Positions 25,901 through 38,750 of a stretch of 64,000 nucleotides of DNA are shown one piece after another. The stretch is from Lingula anatina (lineage: Eukaryota; Animalia; Brachiopoda): contig CM120642.1 in NCBI GenBank assembly GCA_051362555.1, positions 8,928,001 through 8,992,000 of the forward strand, written 5' to 3'. Numbering within the stretch: the stretch's first letter is position 1; each line of letters begins with the position of its first letter. The notes beneath the pieces are model-generated. The model had not been told where the DNA came from and ran no database searches. It saw nothing but the letters and a program-made list of their open reading frames with translations. The position numbers and the translations under genes were made by a program.

Positions 25901-25905
25901 CACCT

Positions 25906-27027
25906 CTAGTATCTGTTCTGATCCCACTGGCTGCTTTGCCATGAGAAGTTTTTTGAATCTGCATGTGCACCCCTCTGGGAAGAACTTCCTCGGCCACGAT
26001 TGTACCTTCCTCTCATGCGTCCCCTGAATCGTGGGCCCCTTTGGTATGGGCGGTTTCTATAATCCAAGCCCATTCTACTCTGCATCATTTTATAACTCAT
26101 TTTCGCAGAATCTTCCACTTCCCTTGCAGATTTGGTAATATCATCTCCAAAGAGAAAAGTTGTGCACGGAATGTTATGATTGCACAAAGGTTTGTACTCT
26201 GGCTTGAGGTTTGGTTTTAACAAATCCTTTCTAAAACAGTTAATCTGTGTATTGGCATGACCAAGCAAAGCAATACTGTCATTGAACATATCAATGAGTT
26301 TTCCAAGCCCTTCACTCGTGTCATTTCCTGTTTCTAACTTAGCCAGTTTGTCTATTCCTTTAGTCATCAACGTAGCTGCTTTTACAACTGACATTTGAAC
26401 ATCCTGTAACTTCTTATCATTTGTTTTGGCATATTGAGGAATAATGTTCCATACCATTTTATTGGTTTTGACTATCACCAAACTTTCACAGTTTTTTGGC
26501 CGTGAGTTATTTTCATCTTTGGTAAGTTCTGTATACTTTGAATGATCTACTATCCCATTGGTGAACAAATCATTGACACTACTCGCCAACACACTGTCAA
26601 CTTCCACGTCTGTATACTCTATTAATTTATATCTCTTCGTCATATCATCAAATCTGTTTGTGCTACTAGTACCTGCCTCCGGGCATGTTTCATCCTCCAA
26701 TCTTTCATCATACTGTTCATCAAATTCATAATTCTCCTCACAATATGCATCGTGATACAGGTACTGTTTCTCTAAAGAATCTATGCGTCCCACGACGCTG
26801 TTAATTTTCGTTTCCTGTCTCTGCACAGTTTCTTGTATATTTTTCATTATAGTTAAATATTCATCACTGTTATGACTAGATTTTGCTTTGTCGTCTAGTT
26901 TCCCCTTTCCTGTTCTAGTTTTTACTTTCTTTGCTTTAACGTCCTCGCTATTCTTACATGTATCTATTGCGGGTTTTGAAAGGCCCGGTAAAACAGCACT
27001 TCACGTGCTTTCGGCCGCCATATTCAT
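25906..27027 (-). pseudogene. DIRS ORF1 (gag-like)
   Basis: 313-aa ORF with RPKNC, D+KL..+Q and FLFGDD motifs and an RG-rich tail; the frame continues upstream to MNMAA through one TGA at 27001-27003. Confidence 0.82.
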
Positions 27028-27949
27028 TGAAATTAAGTTTGGCACACAAATGATTCGTAGCCTACAATGTGTAACTACGTTACAGATCAATATAAATGCC
27101 GCATAAAAGATTGCAACTCCGTTGCAAAAATGTTTCCAACTTAAGCAAACAAACTACGTTTGTTTTAGATTATAATTCTGATAGAAATAGATCGCATCTA
27201 TTTTCAGGCTGACTACCCAGCCGCATGTCACAAGCTAACTGAGTACGCATGCGCAAGCATATCTCATTTAAGACTGACCGATATTTTTATACGAAATAGA
27301 ATTAACACAAGGTGATGTTGATAGTTGTAGAGAAAAGTTTCCCAAGTAATGCAAGTCCTACGTCTAGTAATGAAAGTCCTAATGGGGCATGAATTCCTAA
27401 AATTTCAGTAATGTATGTCCTATATTATTTGTAATTTAAAGGATGTCTTTGAATTATCTGTTTATTTGATAAATATACTTATGTCCTTACTTTTAATTTT
27501 ATCATGACATCGTATAATATTGATTTCAGAATGAAGTGGATTAAATCAATGGAATATGTTCATATGAATAAATAAAACAAATAACAATTAACTCAAATGA
27601 TTATAGGGAAATTACAGACAATGACACGCGTACGCATGGATTTCAGAATAATGAAAGTCGATACAATTCATGAAACCATATGAACATATTTTATTCGGAA
27701 AATGTTTATTCAAAGTAACATAACAATAAGGACAATATTTAGTATATTGATTCATGTATAATTTTAAATTAAACGACCCCCTTTAATGTGCCCCCCACCC
27801 CTTCCTGCGGGTGAAGGGGCACCTTCTGTGGGACGAACCTGCGTTCATTCTTCTTCCGCCTTACCCACTGTTAATTGGTTATTCTAACTTTTCCAGGACT
27901 GAACTTTGTTTTTGAACATCAACACGAAGACCGCGCCCACAGCTAGTAT

Positions 27950-28440
27950 ATGGATCACACCAGGTTTTACGTTTGCCCTCCTTGGAACATCATCTAGTTC
28001 CAGTGGCTCTATAGCTTCCCATATCAGAGGGTAAAGATATTTTGAGTTGACACCATTTGTTGGAAAACTGGCAAGTGCACATTTAAGTCTGAGGTTATGA
28101 TTTGTACCATACAAACCATCATGTATCGGGCTAGATTTGCAGTATTCATGTCATCAACTTTGACATACCCCCCAAACTCCAAGATTTCAATTCTTTCATT
28201 CACCAAATCCACAAAAACAATAATTTCTCCAGTCTTTTTGTGCAACATCAAGTCAGAGCGGACACGTGTCTAAGTTTCTGGATTTCATTTCTTTCGTCAT
28301 TTGCCTAAATGACCTAAATGCTCCCCAGCATTAAAATAATTTCTTCATAATGGCTTACCAGTTAAACAATTGTTTTTCAGCGTAACCAGTGGTCTCTCAT
28401 CCTCGGATTCACTTGGTCCATTGTCCAAAATGCATATAAC
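27950..28440 (-). mobile_element. P-element/THAP9-like transposase remnant, copy A
   Basis: KTGEIIVFVDL...LARYMMVCMV...LASFPTNG...LYPLIWEAIE.LE resembles the N-terminal RNase H region of P transposases. Confidence 0.75.
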
Positions 28441-28805
28441 AAGTATACAAGTATATGACTAGTATACATCTTATTATCTTTAAATGAATTTTATACAAAA
28501 CTGTTTTTAAAGCAAAGTGTATACCAATATATTTCAACCAGTTGTCTAATGATACATTACAAAGCATATATAACATGCGATGGAAAGAGGGTCTTTGTCA
28601 CAACCGCCTTTTCAGAGGTCTCTATATCAGGAAAACCATTCCCCTCGCAGACTTGTTAACTACGTTATATCTGGAATGAATGGCAGTTCTTTTTCTGGGA
28701 ACATTTCAGGGAAAGCATAGATTATTTTCATCACTGCAGACGTCACCACCCCAAAATATCGAATGTTCGAATGTTTACTGTTGAACCTTTGGACCAATGC
28801 AGATA

Positions 28806-28806
<1 letters not shown>

Positions 28807-28841
<35 letters not shown>
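28807..28841. repeat. (TAT)n microsatellite
   Basis: Direct observation. Confidence 0.95.
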
Positions 28842-28842
<1 letters not shown>

Positions 28843-29160
28843 TCCAAACTTGCAACCCGAGGGTTGAATAATTACAATCATTGCATCAAAGTTGAATAAA
28901 ACCATTATAGTGATGTAAACAAATTTAAAACAAAATAATTAAAATACAAGTCACGTATCCTAGGAGTTTGTTGTTTTATTTATTTTTATTATTTTTTTTT
29001 TTTCATAATCCCTGAAGAAGGCCTAGGGGCCGAAAGCTTGGATTAGGCTACATATTACGCTGGTGTTGCACGAACAGAATCCATCCAGTAGATGGCACTT
29101 AGAATTATTTTCCCTAGGTTATCATACGTTGATGCCCTAATCAAAGCAAATATCGCTACT

Positions 29161-30138
29161 TTACGTACAGAAGGTGATACTTTTTGCTTGGAGGAGCAAC
29201 ACTTTTTTCCCATTCTGTTCTATGTTCTTTAATCCATGTAAGATTGATTTCTCTATTTCATCTGTTGGTAGGTCGATGACACCTTCACAGCCAGACACAC
29301 CAGAGATTCCATGCCACCGATATCCAAGGATATGGGCAGCATTTTGATAGCAGAAATTTATATGAATCCAATTACAAACCAATTCCACAATAAATGTTCC
29401 AGGTTTTGATAACAGTATGTTGGACAGACCTGCCCCGTGTGGGGCAACCACCATTACTGCACGATTAAACATGGCAGCTATGTCATTGAATGAAGGTAAT
29501 GGTAAATCCGTAAACAATTCAAATCTGAAACCTAGAGCTGGGACAAATTTCTCCATGAAATTCTGTAACTCTGTGTGGTGGGAATAGTGTCTTAAAGTTC
29601 CAGGGTTTCTTTTGATTAAAACCACACTGTTTCTTTCATTCGGACGAAACTTTTCATCAATGTGTTGTCTTAGGTCCTTATAGAGGAACTGAGCATGTAT
29701 AGGTCTGGCTCTTCCACATGTTGTACCTTCTGGAAGATATATCGTCTTGGCCCACACATGTCCAGTCACTATTCTGGAGGGGTCAATTCCAAGGTGTTTC
29801 AAAATATTTTTAACTATCCCAACATTATAAATGTGTATTTTGACGTCCTTATGTTTTTTAAGGAAGTTGATATAGAAACTTGCTCGTGTGAACTCCTCCA
29901 TCATCGAGTGGAAGATGTTATTACCCCAAAACTGGGATAATACAAACACAGTGTCTTCCACATTAGTTGGAGGTTTAAGGTTAACAGGGGGGCGTTCCCC
30001 CAAGTCTGGATAATTGCACTGTGTAGCAACAATTTTAACGTTAGCACTAATTACATGCCCGAATTTAGCTGTTATCAGGCCTCTTGACACCTTAGTCAAG
30101 AATGTTGCCACACGAGGTCTACGATTTGAGTCTAACCT
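29161..30138 (-). CDS. Glycosyltransferase family 61 (DUF563-type) catalytic domain; 5' end unresolved
   Basis: NIFHSMME, VVLIKR and FNRAVMVVAPHGAGLSNILLSKPGTFIVEL motifs. The tracked ORF starts at GTG; the open frame is bounded upstream by ttttag at about 30139, which may be an acceptor. Confidence 0.85.
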   Translation of the reverse strand, partial: RLDSNRRPRVATFLTKVSRGLITAKFGHVISANVKIVATQCNYPDLGERPPVNLKPPTNVEDTVFVLSQFWGNNIFHSMMEEFTRASFYINFLKKHKDVKIHIYNVGIVKNILKHLGIDPSRIVTGHVWAKTIYLPEGTTCGRARPIHAQFLYKDLRQHIDEKFRPNERNSVVLIKRNPGTLRHYSHHTELQNFMEKFVPALGFRFELFTDLPLPSFNDIAAMFNRAVMVVAPHGAGLSNILLSKPGTFIVELVCNWIHINFCYQNAAHILGYRWHGISGVSGCEGVIDLPTDEIEKSILHGLKNIEQNGKKVLLLQAKSITFCT

Positions 30139-31453
30139 CTAAAACATCTAAAACATAGTACCACTGGAACGTAAAATTTTGTTACACCAGCAGTGATTAT
30201 ATCAAGGAAAATATATTTCTGTGGCAAGATTTGATTGTTTTAATTTTTTGCAACGTATTGTGATTATAAGTACAACTTTTGATGGTTAATTTAATATTTC
30301 ATAGATCTTTTATTTTATATAATTCACCAGTTCTGTAAGCAATTTTATTGTTTTCTTAGCGTGTTACTATACTTCTGTCAAGATAGGACAAAAGAGAGAA
30401 AGGGCCTATAGTATGCTGGAAGAATTTTAGTGTTTGTTTATTCCGCACTATAATAGGTTCAGATAGGTTCAAAAATGAGATTCCAGGCCACGCATGCAAT
30501 TCAGTGTGCACCAGTAGTTCAACAACCACACCTTTTAAGTTAAACTTGGACATAATAACGAATGGTTAAAACTTTTAAATTGATAACTGGCAGCTCATTT
30601 ACAGTTGATGGTGTAGTTTTATTTGCTTGTTGTTGAACTAAAAAAAAAAAAAAAAAAACAGAAGATACATAGCATGGCAATAATCTAGTTTTCATTTCAC
30701 ATAGAAATGACATCAACTGTCGCACCTTGGGGCCATCAAACTCAGTTTCATGAGACATATAATTTAGGCCTGCCTGTTTATGATATGCCACCAAAACGGT
30801 ACTTTTACATGATATTGTTCACGCCACACCAGACGCAAACACGTATCAAAGAGTAAAAGAGAAAGATTTGCAAGTTCAATTTGTTATTTTGCAAATGCAT
30901 CATATTCTATGTCTTTGCATTTAAATTTTAATGTCCTCTGCAGATATTTAAAATTAACAATATTCAAATCTACTAATTGTTACCAGTCTTGCAGACGATT
31001 TCGGAAGTGTATTATATGGGTTTGTGGTGTGCTGCAAGGTTGAGAAACTAATGGGCAGGTGCAAGGCAGAGATAGCTTTTACTCAGTCTGATTTTTCGAA
31101 CATAATATTTATTGAAAAGTACAGTATTCAAGATTTTATCTGAAAACAGAAGTTTCATCTTTGGATAATTTTATACATGTAGTTTTGGTTTCTCTTATAT
31201 CATTTCAAAACATTTTAAAGGGTTTTTCAACTGCTTGAAAACTTAATTAATAACATATAGAGACAGACATCTAATGAGAATTCTCTAGGTAGCAAAAGTT
31301 TGCTTTTTTTATATTAGCCTAAAAGCATATATCCTATGTTCAATATGTCAGTAAAGGAGGGGGACAGAATCGTGGCAACGAAAATGATATTATCTGCCCA
31401 CAATCTAGTCATCGGAAAAACAGGTGGGTCAGAACACCATGAAAAATTGTTTG

Positions 31454-31457
<4 letters not shown>

Positions 31458-31517
<60 letters not shown>
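31458..31517. repeat. (AT)n microsatellite
   Basis: Direct observation. Confidence 0.95.
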
Positions 31518-31520
<3 letters not shown>

Positions 31521-32509
31521 CAGAGTGCCGAGAAAGTTTCGCTCAATGGCCTTTACAATTTGAATATCATTTTTCTAGAATATCGTTTTCTTGTGGAGTA
31601 AAAATGAATTTAAGTATTGGAGGGAACATGTTTGGCGAAAAGCAGAAAATGTTCTTGATCGCAGGAAAATAATTGTAACCAAATTTCTGCAAAAATACGG
31701 AATGTTGTCGTTTTAATGAATAACTGATTTTATGGACAATAACATGTCAGATACTGCAATTTCTACAGCTTAACATATGCATGACACGTATTTATTTTAT
31801 GCATAGTTTTGTTCACCAACCGGTTGCCTTGCGTTTCAAGGTAAGGATAGTCCGAGGCGTAGAGGCAAGAAGAGGCTTAGGTTAAAAGACTATTTAAACT
31901 CTCCTGTGCTGCACGCAATAATTTTTATTGTATCAATTATGGTTTCCCTCAAACGCTGTCAAAAGGAAAACAACAAAGCTATTAATCAGCAATTATTGTT
32001 ATTTGGAGCCATTACCGTTGTCATAACCATGCCTAAATTACAAGATATATGCCCGGAAAAGCTATGCTTAAATACCCTATAATACCCGCTAGATTACGAA
32101 AACAGAACGTGAGAAGTCACTCCGCATTATGCACTTTACAATGCAAGACATTCCTGGCGCATATAATTTCATCCTTTTCGCTGTAAAGATAACTCCATCT
32201 CACGTAGATTCTCGACCGTTTGCTAGTCTGTTGGGTCTATTTAGGTTGGCCCCCATTAGCTCTTCTCGTCTTTTTTTTTTACCAGGGCCACAGATTTCAA
32301 AGATACCCGGTATGTCTCTATCTAATTACATGTACATTTCTGAGACAGTACAACACTGTGTCTTAGAATAGCCAGAGACATATCTAGTGGAAATCAATAT
32401 GTGACTCTGATAAAGGTTACTTATCATCTCTCACATTCCCACCTTTCATTCTTCTATTTACCTATTTTAACTATCAATATCTTCGTTCATCTTGACAGCC
32501 TTCTGTCTT

Positions 32510-32755
32510 AGGGACCATTCCAATAATCCTGTCGTACTAGCAGGATCTATCTATCTCCGCGGGGATTCTCGCTAAATTGCATTCAGTTTAAGCAGTACAC
32601 GAAAGTTAATTACCCCACTAACAGCTTCAGTGTGCGTGACAGACTTAATGGGCTTTAGTGGGCGTGACAGCTTAAACTGAATGCAATTTAGCGAGGAATC
32701 CCCTCGGAGTTAGATCGATCTTGCTAGTGCGATAGGTATATGGGAAACCAGTCTT
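32510..32755. mobile_element. Harbinger-type MITE related to those at 6954 and 44922
   Basis: Long inverted arms (ctcgctaaattgcattcagtttaagc / gcttaaactgaatgcaatttagcgag) and a shared aaagttaattacccc core. Confidence 0.7.
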
Positions 32756-32797
32756 CAGTAGCTTTTAATTTTATGGAAATGTATTATATCACTACAG

Positions 32798-33081
32798 CCC
32801 GCACGAAAACGAAGTAGATACTCCAGCGCAGTAGACTACTGCAATCATACTGCAAACATGCTTCAAATCTGCTTCGATGTGGGAGCTAATTAGCATATTT
32901 GAAACATGCTTCTATCATGCTGCTAATCTACTGCATTAATGCTCCTCCTCTGTACAACCCTATGTAATTTTTGAAGTAGAATTGCAGTAGGCTATACTGC
33001 ATTTCTACTGCAAATATGCTCCACACCACTACTGCGTTAATGCTTCTTTGCTACTTCGATACTACTGCATTTTCGTGCGGG
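32798..33081. mobile_element. MITE with CCC...GGG termini and 2-bp TSD (CMC/EnSpm-like)
   Basis: TIRs CCCGCACGAAAA / TTTTCGTGCGGG; AG on both sides; internal ctactgc repeats. Confidence 0.8.
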
Positions 33082-33949
33082 AGGTATTTGCAATTTGATA
33101 CCAAATCTGTTAAAAAAAGAACAGTAACTTTGTTCATGCATATTCTAAATATATTTTGCTTGTTGTCCTTGGCCTCGGGATGGTGCCCAAATTAAGACCC
33201 CATCCCAATACTTAATATCGTGGAATTAGCCACGTGCGCAAAATGATACATGAAGATCCACGTTATATACAGGCTCATCCAAGGCCAGGTAACATTTACA
33301 GGTGGACAGATGTGACACCTTGGTGTACATAACAACCACACTTTATGGCTAACCCATTGCTAATGAAACATTTCAGTTTAAACAACTCACATTAATGTAT
33401 TTAAGGTGTCTTATAATGTTTTCTTGGAATGATTTAGGATTTACATTTTAAAGTGAGATGTCACCACCTTGCAATAAATTCAGCACTGATGGCAATAAAA
33501 ACATGGTCGTTCGTGAAAGATTAAGTAATAAACCAAGGAAACTACCATCGTCAAAAATAAACACGAGTTTTGTAATTACAGGTGCTCCTAGTGTTTGCAA
33601 ATACAGACTTGACATTTAATATGGAATATATCAGTTTCGAATGTATGCCTAGGTGAAAATGCGTTCTTTTTTCACAAACTCCGATCTCATATAAGATATG
33701 TGAATGGAGAAGTGTGTAGTCAGGTGTGTCGCTACCAATTAACTGATTATTAGGTTTGTTGCGCTGCTGCATTATGTAAAATGCAGTGATTTAATTGAGT
33801 AGTGCTCCTTTGGGCAGGTCAAAGCTTGGCTTTGGCAAAGCATGGTTCTGTCAAAAAAAGTATCCATATGTCGGCAACTACTGCATAGAAGAATTTAAAA
33901 TTTTGCATGCAAGTGGTTGTAAAATGAGCTATGTAGTGCTTTACAAATT

Positions 33950-34930
33950 TGTTCATCTGTGGCAGAATGGCGCGAAAAAGACAGGCATTGCTAGACAGGT
34001 AATTGTGCCAAACGAAACGGTCCGCACAGTTTTATAGAGTAATGCCCAGACTGATGTGCCTACACAGAGGCCACACCCAATATATCGAAATCATACCACC
34101 AGGATACAGGACTCACTCTCCTTCAGGGTATGCTGCTGCAACTAAACAAAACCACCCAGTCCGTTCAGAATGAGGGACAAATTGCCACCACAACGCGTTT
34201 TTCAAGGCCCTTAGCGAATACCAAACTTGTTTTAGCAGGTTAGAATACCAGACGACCCCTGAGAAACTCAATAAAAACAGCAAAACATCGTAGTCTGTTT
34301 CTCCAATGAATTGGCGACCATGACCGTTTCTGGATAGAACATTGAAACAGCGTGGATTTCTTTATTGGGGTCAGATTTCACCTGTATCGCTCAACTAGTC
34401 AAAACAGAGATTACAGACGTCCAGAAGAGACCTACGACGAAGCGACGAAGCGTGTGCGGCGTCCAAAGTGACTACGATCACCGACAGCGTCAGTATTTGG
34501 AGATGATACCACACTGGTGTCAAAACACCTATGGTAGTCATCGATGAAAACCTGAACCAGATCAAATAAAGCAATAATCTGGGAACCTCTTGACTATCAT
34601 TTGATACGAAGAACCTTAGAAACAATTTTAGGTTGCACGATGAGATTGCCTGTTCACAAAAAGCACTTTAATAGCAGATAACTTACAGAAAGAAGGAATG
34701 AGCAGCTACCTTGGTCATCAAAGTTGCAATATTTAAACGACAATATGTGGGCAGGTCATTTCTCGCCAAATCAACGGCCTACATGTCCCACGACAAAAGT
34801 TTACCAAATAGGACAAGTTTTGGCCGATGATTGGAATGTTATTACAGATTAAACTTGAGAAAATCTATCCCAATGAATGCCTTGTCGCTTGAGAGCCTTG
34901 GTAGCAGCCAGATGAGGTCAGGCCTAAAAG
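33950..34930 (+). mobile_element. Highly decayed Tc1-like transposase
   Basis: Piecewise translation gives GVKTPMVVIDENLNQ, NNFRLHDE, QLPWSSKLQYLN and RLRALVAA, collinear with the 13.3-14.3 kb transposase. Confidence 0.65.
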
Positions 34931-35739
34931 CGACCGTAGCTATGACTAGACACTGACTTGAGGGTTCTTTGTGGAGCATGTAACTCTTTTACAGACTATA
35001 TAATTTGGAATAAAATGGAGATCCAAAACATCGCTTTTAATGTTTATCGTATGACTTAGAATGTCACAAGGACATCAAAGAGATAAGTAAAATTTATAAA
35101 AACACGATTTTAATCCTAACTTTCATTTATCAGTCAGCAAAAAAGGAAAAAAATGATTTGGAAAAAAATATTCCATATTAAATGTCAAGTCTGTACTTGC
35201 GCCTCGCTGATAATTTTTGGCGTCATAAATACCATTATCTGGGACATCAGATGGAGTTATTATTATTTTTACTGTTATTGAAACTATTATTTCGTTTATA
35301 TACGCTTAAATACACGTATTGTTGTTATCAAATCTTCTGCATCAACAATATCGTGGCAAATTAAAGTTTGTCTGATATACATAACTGTATTGAATTTTGA
35401 AGATAACTGTTAAGATACAGGTAGTTAAGTTTTTTCTTGACATGCATATCTGCGTCATTAGCATTGGATGTATTCGTAGACGCTGGTCATTGGACATTCA
35501 TAGATATACAGGAAACTATGAACATTTACCTATACGTGCGCCAACGTACGCCATAAAAACTATTATCCATTATACAATGAATGGCAAATGACAAACGTTA
35601 TTCACCGTCTGTAAGGACTTATTTGACATTAAATGGAACTGAACTCCCGTGCTATAGTTAAAAAAGGAGGATGCAGTGAACTAGACCAAATGAAAATCTT
35701 GCCATTTGTTTGAAAATGAACTTTGAAATTTATTTGAGT

Positions 35740-36190
35740 CATATGTTATTGCATGTGATTATAATGATACATTAAGTGTTGTGTAATGAATACTAAATAT
35801 TATAAATATATCTTTATCCATCCTATCAACCTTATGATTGATATTTAATATTTAATCAGATTGATAATCGGTTTGATATTTAATCAGACAGATATTGGTG
35901 TATTAACAGTATGTTTAACTTTTGTAACGCTGATGACATGAAATTGATGATTTATATACTTGATATTTCATAAGTTAAAATTTTTAGTCAAACATTATTG
36001 CATGAGGTAATAATGATACATTAAGTATTGTGTAATAAATATTAAGTGCGTGACGTATTATATTAAGCTTAGCAATCTTATGGCTATCTGTTATCGATAT
36101 TTTATCAGACAGTTATTGGTGTACGGTATTAACAGTATATTTAACTTTTGTAACGCTGATGACATGAAACTGATGATATATACATTAAGG
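35740..36190 (+). repeat. Tandem duplication of about 250 bp
   Basis: attgcatg..ataatgatacattaagt and tattaacagtat.tttaacttttgtaacgctgatgacatgaaa each occur twice. Confidence 0.8.
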
Positions 36191-38583
36191 AAAATTTTCG
36201 CATTTATGTGGCTATATTATTTCTTGGTATAGTTTTATATAACCATGGATTGCATTTGTTATAAACAACTTTTTTTATAGTCATCAAAGAGGAGAACTAT
36301 AGTGTGGATAAGTAGAAGCTGAACAGGTACTTCGTCATCGACGATGCGCTGGTCGCAACGTTGTGATGAATGCTGTTTATTTGAAGGGGCCCCAATAAAA
36401 ATTGTCTCACGTAGTGCCTTCCAGCAACAACACTGTATAAGAAAATGTGTCAGAGCCATAATAAAAGAGTCACAGGTGGTTGTCATAATGGAAAAAGAAA
36501 AAGAATCTGTATTCTTGGGCAACACATTATAAAAGTGTAAATGCCAATTTCAGTACGAAATGCGTCCATGAGAAAGAATATTTTCCAAAAAATAATCAGT
36601 CTACCTTCCTTTGAGTTATATTTTTGGTTTCATGTCGAATGTGTTTCTATTTCATATGTTAGTTTATTATATAGAATTTATTTACTTAATTATATTTTTG
36701 CATGACTTTCTGATAAATATGAAGTTCTTAAGAGGGATTATTTAAAGGTATATTTTAATTTTAAACGTGCCTAGGCATATTGTTAAAACGATTTTATTTA
36801 TGCAGTTTACCTATTTTCTGTAGTATTTATACATTTAATGTTATGGTTTAGAGCTAGCATGTACACCTCATATAGCATGTACACCTGAAAAACTGAATAT
36901 AGCTAGACAGCACCAGATCCAAGGATCTCAAAGATAAACGTTATATTTCTAAGGAATTAAATGACAGGCAAACCTGTCCTAGAACTCGATACACTGCGGT
37001 ATCAAGTATCAAAGTATGATATGTTCTGTATTAGTTACTATGAAAGCTGAATCTTTAAGTAAAAACTAGTGTAAGCTTAAAGAATAAAACACTATAACCG
37101 GATTCTTGACTCGTGTTAATCAATTATATATTACCGCCGCGAACAACAACAAAGCCGTGGTAATAATATCGCCCCAGAAGATGATGTAATGTTAGTAATT
37201 GACAGCCATGGGTGAATAAGAAGCGGGGGTGTTTTGTAGAGGAAAAGAGTTGATTGGCATGCTTTTATGATATCTATACAACTGCATGTAATGTAAACGG
37301 AGAGAATGCCGCTAGAGATTGAATGAGGTAGAGACAAAAATTGTAAGAAAGTGGCGAGGGAAACAACTGGAAGATAGTTAATCAATAATATGGAATATTA
37401 TAACTGAGTTGTTCATATTACCCCGCGCACAGCAAAAGATAAAGACATCAACTTTGTCGCACAATGTACATGTACATCATGTATAAAGTCTAGTCGATAC
37501 AATATGGAACATGCACGGATTTGATGTAGAATTATACACTGTAGTGATAACTACAGACAACTCCACATTTTCACTTAGTATCTAAGTGAAAATTGACACG
37601 GCTTTTCAGATCGTTTATTATTCTATCTTTTTCCAGCAGATCATTAACCAGATGGGCTGACTTTTCTTTTAGTACTTTAATGCGCTCACTTTGTGCATTG
37701 ATGATTGCACCCATATGTTTTCATAGCATTTACGTTTTCCTCTACTAAAGTTGAGATGTCTCTTTCCAAACTTTTCCCCATTCTTTCGTTATTATCAATG
37801 TTTTTTTTTGTTTTTTTTTGTCCTTCTTTAATAATTTTAAGTTCTTTCATATTTCCTGTCATTTGCCCCACAAGCTGTTGTATAGCGCGCAAGGGAAAGA
37901 AACAGTCAAAGAAAAGTCTGAGGAAAGGCATTAGCCTTTCACTGAAATTCTGAATCACTGTTTATTTCAAGCCGAAATACTCAAGACACGTGAAAAAATT
38001 GGAAAAGAAAATAATAATAATGCAAATCACTATGTTAGCTGTTAAATATGAATTAGTTTTGAAATAATTGAAATAAATTACAAGTATCAACTGTTAACTT
38101 TGCTGCAGATGTGTCTTAGCTGAATTTATTAAAATTCTTTCCTAAATACAATAATATATATCTTCATTTTTCAAATGTAAATATGTGCACCACAAAGTTT
38201 ACAATGTATTTCTCAAACAACAATACATTTAACTCACCAATTATGCCTATCCTTGAAATAATAAATTGTAAGTCCTAATCTTGAATTTACAAAAGAGCAA
38301 AAATGTGAGGTATAGTATGTCTTTCTCCTTCGAAGTCACTGGGATTATCCCTAAACCTTAAAGTTATCACTTATGCAAAAGAACGTTGCATCAGACGTGC
38401 CGGATCACCCGGCTCCTCAAGCACAATAAACACAATCAATTTATACCTTACACGTTCACTAAACATGCTACCGAACGGAGGGATGCAGCTACGTGGCGCG
38501 ACATTATTACCATTGCTTGCGTGGGGATCGGAGAAGACAGTTAAAGAATGGTGTTAAAGAATTGTCTGTGCCGCCATACAAAA

Positions 38584-38750
38584 GAGGGGCGGATTGAGGC
38601 CGTCTTCTGGGTCTTCTGGAAGACGGTCAGATTTTCGCGTTTACATTGACAGGTATCTATTTTTTTCTGTCGGAAGACGGTCAACAAAGATAATTGGATC
38701 AACAAAGATAATTAAGAAGACTATCTGAAAAAAGCTCTGGATCCGCCCCT
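38584..38750. mobile_element. Short hAT-like MITE; second copy at 47001-47173
   Basis: (c)AGGGGCGGAT...ATCCGCCCCTG termini; the two copies align over their whole length. Confidence 0.75.

Larger units (their letters stand above)
22681..27303 (-). mobile_element. Near full-length DIRS1-like tyrosine-recombinase retrotransposon
   Basis: Overlapping gag-like, RT/RNase H/methyltransferase-like and YR ORFs; 22845-22893 is complementary to the joined ends (ICR); ATT at both termini; empty site at 59101-59125. Confidence 0.95.
5752..28440 (+). repeat. Segmental duplication, copy A
   Basis: Collinear matches to copy B: 5.75-9.6 kb to 39.95-42.95 kb; 10.05-10.8 to 44.4-45.4; 11.35-13.08 to 49.8-51.3; 18.3-22.44 to 51.6-56.14; 27.34-28.44 to 59.83-62.35. 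Confidence 0.9.
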
